Positions 58,573 to 64,000 of a DNA stretch of 64,000 nt are shown in pieces. The stretch is taken from NCBI GenBank assembly GCA_963713825.1, contig CAVQNG010000001.1, positions 192,001-256,000 of the forward strand. Reading direction: 5' to 3'. How positions within the stretch are numbered: the stretch's first letter is position 1; the number at the start of each line of letters is the position of its first letter. Made by a program: the position numbers and the translations under genes. The notes under the pieces are model-generated. The model was not told the origin of the DNA. It saw nothing but the letters and a program-made list of their open reading frames with translations, and did no database searches. This DNA is from an uncultured Acidobacteriota bacterium. GTDB lineage: Bacteria; Acidobacteriota; Thermoanaerobaculia; Multivoradales; JAHEKO01.

Positions 58573-59856
58573 TCATTTTCGCTCCGATGCCTGGCGAAGT
58601 CGGGCTTGTTTTTGCTCCAGAATGCACCGTTCGAAGGCCTGACTCGCCACCGTGGTGAGGTGGCGAATCAATTCCAGATCCAGCGCCTGGAGACCGAGGG
58701 GACCACGATCACCATAAATCATGCTGACCAGGTGGTCCTGGATGCGCAGGGGGAAGACGGCACATTCGTCAGCCAGATCCTTGCTCCAGCAAGCCGCCAA
58801 CTCCAGATGAGGCGACATCTCGGGGAGCTTGCCAATGAAGAAGCTGCCACCTTCGCGCAGATTGAGGAAGATCGACGGTTCATTGAAGGGGACCCTGAAT
58901 CTGCCGAGTCTCTCCCGGTCGAGTCCAGGTCCATGCCCGAGCCAGCCGCAAACCGCACCCTGGCGAACCTGAAAGACGAGCACACGGACGAAGAACTGCG
59001 CCAGGTAGTCGATGAGAATCTGTCCGACCTCCTCTGGATGTCGGGTCGCCGCGAGTCGAGCCTCTACGTCGCCGAACTCGATCACTCCTTCGGAGCTCTG
59101 ATCGCGAGTGTAGAGGAACGGTGAGATATTGCTCCCGGGCTCTTCGAGGGCCGCCTCGGTACCGAGATTGGCGAGTTCCTGGTCGGACAGCGGAATGCTG
59201 TGGGGACTGGATTCCTTGGTAGTCTTCTGAGATTCCGCCGCCTCGGTTTCGATCTCAGTCCCGTCGAGGTCGGGCGGCACCTGTCGGATCGGAACGACTT
59301 GGGAAGTTGGGCCATTCAGATCGTCTAAGTGGACGAGTCTGGACTCGGGGTGCACTCCAGAGGAAACCTCTGGAGGCCGCTGGCGCTGCTGGTCGAGCAG
59401 ATTCTCCAGCTTGGCGAAACGCTCGGACAGCGGCGCGTTGTAGTACTGAGCCAAGGCGGCCACGAGCCGGACCTGGCTCGCGATGTGGACCTTGAGCCGC
59501 CGCCCGATAATGAAGGACAGTTCGTCCTGGAGCCAGAGGTTGTCGACCTCTAGCATCGCGATTTCGACGCGAGGACCCGAAAATCGAAAAGGAATGGCCT
59601 CGTAACGGATGGCGATCCTGGCGGGAAGTAGCTGTAGGAGCTCGTCAGGGATGTCGCGCAGGTCCTCGGCCGTGGCGACGGACACGCCTTGCTGTTCGGC
59701 CAGGATACGGTCGAGAAGACCCTCCGAGATGGCACCCATTTCGAGGAGGCACGAGCCCAGCCTGCCGCCGATCTCCCGCTGCTTGGAGATCGCCAGTCCA
59801 AGCTGCTGTTTGGTGATCCAGCCGTTTTGGAGTAGCAGGGTTCCGAGTGATTGCAT
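58573..59856 (-). CDS. Stand-alone MshEN/GspE-N domain protein with C-terminal GAF-like region, no ATPase
   Basis: SLGTLLLQNGWITKQQLGLAISKQ + RLGSCLLEMGAISEGLLDRILAEQ; A.RY.AIPF..IAM; no Walker A. Confidence 0.78.
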   Translation of the reverse strand: MQSLGTLLLQNGWITKQQLGLAISKQREIGGRLGSCLLEMGAISEGLLDRILAEQQGVSVATAEDLRDIPDELLQLLPARIAIRYEAIPFRFSGPRVEIAMLEVDNLWLQDELSFIIGRRLKVHIASQVRLVAALAQYYNAPLSERFAKLENLLDQQRQRPPEVSSGVHPESRLVHLDDLNGPTSQVVPIRQVPPDLDGTEIETEAAESQKTTKESSPHSIPLSDQELANLGTEAALEEPGSNISPFLYTRDQSSEGVIEFGDVEARLAATRHPEEVGQILIDYLAQFFVRVLVFQVRQGAVCGWLGHGPGLDRERLGRFRVPFNEPSIFLNLREGGSFFIGKLPEMSPHLELAACWSKDLADECAVFPLRIQDHLVSMIYGDRGPLGLQALDLELIRHLTTVASQAFERCILEQKQARLRQASERK

Positions 59857-59932
59857 ACCCAAGGATTCGGTCTCCAGCCCGGAGGCTAGCGTCTAAGTTG
59901 TTGGTATGTGGCTACTTAGACGATTCAAGCGG

Positions 59933-59984
59933 ATTATAGGTGGGGCACGGTTGCTTGTAAAGGCAGCGCAGCGGTTGCTATCCT
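59933..59984. promoter_or_regulatory. Back-to-back sigma70 promoters with overlapping -35 boxes
   Basis: Minus: TTTACA(59961-56)-N17-TATAAT(59938-33). Plus: TTGTAA(59955-60)-N18-TATCCT(59979-84) with TG extension. Confidence 0.65.
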
Positions 59985-59991
59985 TCCGGCC

Positions 59992-61884
59992 GTGAAAGCG
60001 CGATGGTTGTACCTGTTGGCCGCACTCCTGTTGCCGTCCTGGGCTGCTGGGGAGCATGTAGACGAGACCGGCTCCTACCATCTTCTGGTAGCACAACTAC
60101 TAACAGAGGAGGGCGACTACCGCGGCGCGCTCGACAGCTTCGAGGCAGCCATCGCCTTGGCTCCGAGCGACGTCTATGCACGGCTCGAGTACGGTCGATT
60201 GCTGCTGCGCCTCGGCAGATCCCAGGAAGCAGTCGCTCAGGCCACAGTAGCCAGGGAGGTGGCGCCTGAGCTCGATGACGTCTTGCTGTTCTATGCAGAA
60301 GCGCAAATGAGATTGGCCCAGGAGGATCCATCCGCGCTGGAGAAGGCGAGGCAGGCTCTAGAAGAGATTCGCGCCCGCCAGCCAGGCAACATCGAGGCGA
60401 TGGTAACGCTTGGACAGATCTACCTCGGTGAGTCGAGGCCAGATGAAGCAGCGGCGGTGTTCAAGGACCTCCTCAGCCGACGAGCCGGGAACCGGATGGT
60501 GTTCTCGCTCCTGATCGATTCCCTGGTGCGCGCCGGGAAACCGGAGCAGGCGGAGCAGGCGATGCAGGACGCCTTGGATGTCGACACCGGATTCACGAGG
60601 GCTCGCTTGAGCTTGGCTCAAGCACAGAGCGAGCGCGGCGACCATGCCGGTGCGGTCAGGACGCTGGAAGGGGGACCGAAGGAGGTTCTGGCCGACCCCG
60701 AGGTGCGACGGCGCCTCGCATTTGAGCTTCATCAATCGGGTCAGTACTCCCGTGCCCTCCAACTCATCGAGGAGATGCTGGAGGAGGATCCGGGCTACTA
60801 CCCAAATCGCTATCTGAGGGCCCTCAGCCTGGCCGCCCTGGGCAGAGAAGAGGAGGCGATTGTCGTCACGCGCGACCTAATCAAGAGTCACCCGATGAAT
60901 CTGGATCTCGGGATTCTCTTGGCTCGGCTCCTGGAAAGCCGCCAGGAGCCGGAAGACGCAGAGGAGACGCTCAAAGCGATCGAAAGGCGTCTGCGCTCGG
61001 CTGGGCAGATCGAGGATGCGAATCAAGCCCGAATTCAGCGCGGACTGTTGCTCATGCGGCAGGCCCAGTGGGACAAGGTCGTGGGGCTGTTCGAACCGCT
61101 CATCGGTCAGGAGATTCCGTTGGGCGATGTAGACATGGCGATGATCCTGGTGGAAGCCCTCGTTAGAGCTGATCGACACGGCGAGGCTCTGGAGGTGTTG
61201 TCACGCTTCGAGCCGAATTCGTTGGCACAGCGCCAGGGTTGGGCGAGGCAGGCGGATATTCTGTTGCAGTTGAATCGAGACCGCGACGCTGAGGAGGTTC
61301 TCTCCCGTCTGTCCGCCGAAGGAACCCTCGACGACTTGACGCTCATGGTCGAGGTCTACCAGTCGCATGAGCGCTACGAGGAGTCGATCCCAGTGCTGGA
61401 GCGCGCTCTCGAGCTGGAGCCTAGCTCGACCAGTTTGTTGTTCTGGCTGGCGGCCGCCAACGAGCGCTCTGGTCAGAGGCGCCAGGCAGAGGACCTGCTG
61501 CAGCAGCTCCTGACGATCGACCCGGAGTTCGCACCTGCCTTGAACTACTTGGGCTACATGTGGGCCGAAGCCGGAGAGAACCTCGAGAGGGCGTTGCTAC
61601 TGATTCAGCAGGCGGTGGAGCTCGAGCCGGGGAACGGCGCCTTCATCGACTCCTTGGGTTGGGCGCATTTTCAGCTGGGTCAGTACGAGGAGGCACAAGG
61701 ATTTCTCGAGAAGGCAGCCACACTGGTGGGGGATGACGCCGTGGTCTTCGAGCATCTGGGAGATCTCTACGTCGCTATTGGTCAGCTCGACAAGGCAAGG
61801 ACGGTCTACGAGCGGGCCATCGATCTCGAAGCTGAGAACTCAGCCGCCGTCAAGGACAAGCTGAATCGTCTGGCGAACCCGTGA
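59992..61884 (+). CDS. Periplasmic multi-TPR protein
   Basis: Signal peptide; many TPRs; ALNYLGY..AE...L..A...I..AV..EP.NGA..DSLGW..F, HLGD. Confidence 0.88.
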   Translation: MKARWLYLLAALLLPSWAAGEHVDETGSYHLLVAQLLTEEGDYRGALDSFEAAIALAPSDVYARLEYGRLLLRLGRSQEAVAQATVAREVAPELDDVLLFYAEAQMRLAQEDPSALEKARQALEEIRARQPGNIEAMVTLGQIYLGESRPDEAAAVFKDLLSRRAGNRMVFSLLIDSLVRAGKPEQAEQAMQDALDVDTGFTRARLSLAQAQSERGDHAGAVRTLEGGPKEVLADPEVRRRLAFELHQSGQYSRALQLIEEMLEEDPGYYPNRYLRALSLAALGREEEAIVVTRDLIKSHPMNLDLGILLARLLESRQEPEDAEETLKAIERRLRSAGQIEDANQARIQRGLLLMRQAQWDKVVGLFEPLIGQEIPLGDVDMAMILVEALVRADRHGEALEVLSRFEPNSLAQRQGWARQADILLQLNRDRDAEEVLSRLSAEGTLDDLTLMVEVYQSHERYEESIPVLERALELEPSSTSLLFWLAAANERSGQRRQAEDLLQQLLTIDPEFAPALNYLGYMWAEAGENLERALLLIQQAVELEPGNGAFIDSLGWAHFQLGQYEEAQGFLEKAATLVGDDAVVFEHLGDLYVAIGQLDKARTVYERAIDLEAENSAAVKDKLNRLANP

Positions 61885-61974
61885 GCTGAACGGGTCGATT
61901 CCAGACCGAACTGGAGGGCCCGAGCGACCGAACTCGAGCCGCTTTCGACGCACCGCCGGCCAGGCTCACCTCCG

Positions 61975-62727
61975 ATGTCCGGTTCGACCCTGATGAGCTA
62001 TCTCGACACTACCTCGATCCGGGCACTGGGCTTGACGGCCCTGGCTGCCGTATTCGGGCTGCACTGTGCGACGACGGTTCCAGGGCCCAAAACCGAGGCG
62101 GAGCCGGGGAAGTCGGACAGCGCCTGGACGGTGCCGGCGGAGGCCCTGGGCACGCAACGGCTCTTTCGCGTCAGGTATGAGGGGCAAGATGGGCGAGGCG
62201 GAATGAAGCTGGTCTTGCGACTCTCTTCCGAATCGACATTCGAGGTCTTGACCAGCGATGCGCTGGGGCGGCCGCTATGGAGCCTCCAGACCAGTGAGAT
62301 GGAGACACTGCTGATCGATCACCGCGCCAGAGTGTTCTGTCGGGCCTCGGAAGTTCGCCTTCCGGATCCGGTGCTCGCGGCCATGCCGTGGCAGTCGCTA
62401 CCACGAGTTCTACTGGGCTACCTACCGACCAAACCGGCGAGAATCGAGCGACGCACAACCGACGAGATCGACTTTCGCGGCGAGGACGGCAGGCGTTGGA
62501 CATCCAGGCTCGCGACCGGCCAGCCGTCTTCCTGGGTGCTATGGGAGGAAGACCGACCGGTATTGTGGTGGAGTCGACAAGGAGAGGGCGGCATGGTGTC
62601 CCATAGGCAAGGCATCCAGATCAAGTGGAGAGAGATCGTCAGCGAACCCCTACTGGATCCTGTCGCCGAGCTTCAGATTCCGTCGGGCTACCAAGTCTCT
62701 GAGTGCAATGCGAACGACCTACCGTAG
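61975..62727 (+). CDS. LolB-like putative lipoprotein
   Basis: Hydrophobic signal ending in GLHC; DALGRPLWSL and PWQSLPRVLLGYLP resemble LolB motifs; lies between the TPR gene and ispE. Confidence 0.55.
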   Translation: MSGSTLMSYLDTTSIRALGLTALAAVFGLHCATTVPGPKTEAEPGKSDSAWTVPAEALGTQRLFRVRYEGQDGRGGMKLVLRLSSESTFEVLTSDALGRPLWSLQTSEMETLLIDHRARVFCRASEVRLPDPVLAAMPWQSLPRVLLGYLPTKPARIERRTTDEIDFRGEDGRRWTSRLATGQPSSWVLWEEDRPVLWWSRQGEGGMVSHRQGIQIKWREIVSEPLLDPVAELQIPSGYQVSECNANDLP

Positions 62728-63589
62728 CTTTGCCAAGGTCAATCTGCACCTCGAAGTGCTGGGATTGCGTCCTGACGGGTACCACGAGTTGCGCACGGTG
62801 TTCCAATCAGTGGATCTTTGCGATCTGGTGAGTCTGGAGATTGCTGGCCGCGGGGTCCAGCTGGAGGTCGTCGACCAGGGGCTACCATCCGATGGACGGA
62901 ACCTCGCCTACAGAGCCGCGGCGCTCTTTTTGGAGACGTGGCCCTTGGCGGACGGAGTTCGTATCACTCTCGAGAAGCACATCCCGATGGGTGGCGGGCT
63001 CGGAGGCGGCAGTAGCAATGCGGCATCTGTGCTGCACGGCCTGCGAGACCTTCTCGATGCAAAGCAGGCGAGCGACGGTCAGTTGGTCCAGCTCGGGCGC
63101 AGCCTTGGCGCCGATGTACCTTTCTTTTTCACCGGCGGCACAGCTTTGGGGTCTGGACGAGGCGATGAGATCACAGCGTTGCCAGATCTGCCGGAGCGGC
63201 AGATCTGGCTTGTAACTCCAGCTGTGGAAGTCTCGACCGCCTCGGTGTTTCGAGAGTACAGGGAATTGACAGCGGATCAGGAGGTTTCTAGTATGGGTCC
63301 GCTCGTCTGGGGGGAGGACGCGGATTGGGGGGTAGTGGACGGGTCGTGGAATGACTTGGAGACCCTCGTGACGAGTCGATTCCCCGAGGTGCGCCGCGTA
63401 TATAATGCGCTGGTCGAGGCCGGAGCAGGCCTGGTGCGGCTGTCCGGAAGTGGCGCTACCTGCCTGGCATTCTTCGAGGGTGCAATAGAGAATGCCGAGT
63501 TGGCAAGCAGGTTACCGAGCAACTGTCGTGTGTTTCGAGGTCGCACACTGAGTCGCTCTACGGTTCAGAGACTTCGTGTCGTTCAGTGA
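62708..63589 (+). CDS. ispE: 4-diphosphocytidyl-2-C-methyl-D-erythritol kinase
   Basis: AKVNLHLEV.G.RPDGYHEL.T, KHIP.GGGLGGGSSNAA, LGADVPFF, NDLE, SGSG. Confidence 0.96.
   Translation: MRTTYRSFAKVNLHLEVLGLRPDGYHELRTVFQSVDLCDLVSLEIAGRGVQLEVVDQGLPSDGRNLAYRAAALFLETWPLADGVRITLEKHIPMGGGLGGGSSNAASVLHGLRDLLDAKQASDGQLVQLGRSLGADVPFFFTGGTALGSGRGDEITALPDLPERQIWLVTPAVEVSTASVFREYRELTADQEVSSMGPLVWGEDADWGVVDGSWNDLETLVTSRFPEVRRVYNALVEAGAGLVRLSGSGATCLAFFEGAIENAELASRLPSNCRVFRGRTLSRSTVQRLRVVQ
63266..63294 (+). promoter_or_regulatory. Intragenic sigma70 promoter in ispE (TTGACA-N17-TAGTAT)
   Basis: Exact -35 consensus, 17-nt spacer, TAnnnT -10. Confidence 0.7.
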
Positions 63590-63602
63590 AGGGGACAATT
63601 CG

Positions 63603-64000
63603 ATGCTCATCACCGAGGTCAAAGTTTTTCCAGTCGACGAAGAAAAGCTGCGGGCCTTTGTCTCCATCGTCTTCGACAACTGCTTCATGGTCAACGACAT
63701 CAAGGTAATCCAGGGCAAAGATGGGCTATTCATCAGTATGCCGAGCCGCAAGAAGCGCAATGGGAAATTCAAGGACGTTGCCCATCCGCTCAACAATGAA
63801 ACTCGGAAAATGCTCGAAGAGCAGATCCTGTCGGAGTATGATCACGTGTTGTCTGGGCAGAGCTCAGGTGAAGCAAGGGACAAGAGTCAGCCGGTGCCGC
63901 CTGCCAGAGAAGAGCCGCCCGCGGTCAATCAATTGGAAGAAAATCTCGAGAAGAAGAGCCTCGAGGAAGTAGCAGAGATGCATCTGAGGGATTCCTTCTG
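63603..64000 (+). CDS. spoVG: SpoVG-family DNA/RNA-binding protein (runs off the window; absent from the ORF track)
   Basis: Translated by hand: MLITEVKVFPVDEEKLRAFVSIVFDNCFMVNDIKVIQGKDGLFISMPSRK...FKDVAHPLNNETRK; GAAGGGG RBS. Confidence 0.92.
   Translation, partial: MLITEVKVFPVDEEKLRAFVSIVFDNCFMVNDIKVIQGKDGLFISMPSRKKRNGKFKDVAHPLNNETRKMLEEQILSEYDHVLSGQSSGEARDKSQPVPPAREEPPAVNQLEENLEKKSLEEVAEMHLRDSF

Overview
A compact, GC-rich bacterial core-genome segment with about 60 genes, many overlapping or abutting. Tandem acidobacterial-type VWA proteins, an Asd-like pseudoenzyme beside psd, and TPR-lolB-like-ispE-spoVG suggest Acidobacteriota (inference). Contents: the 3' part of tRNA-Arg(CCT); cinA-thpR-plsY-gpsA-guaA; mgtE; lgt-ypdA; nnr-tsaE-hbd; phoH-ybeY-CNNM-era; an S1-domain paralog; an acyl-CoA synthetase; a zinc-ribbon/sirtuin/cN-II nucleotidase/SDR/HD cluster; murJ-rpiB-yjbQ-oxoprolinase A/B-NRAMP-like; MATE, M48 protease, trxB, ferritin; tsaB-rimI-psd; mutS, ssb, dtd, HU; and a stand-alone MshEN protein. 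I saw no integrase, transposase, prophage or CRISPR array, and I cannot establish a new multi-gene system here. The best leads are an unannotated ~190-nt rod-like structured RNA with its own promoter upstream of phoH, a LolB-like lipoprotein at the canonical lolB position, an ATPase-less MshEN c-di-GMP receptor, a dockerin-bearing SGNH hydrolase pair, a motif-less NRAMP coupled to oxoprolinase, degenerate Asd and MgtE homologs, and recurrent leaderless, bidirectional and intragenic promoters. All product calls come from motifs recognised by eye, and start codons were refined manually.
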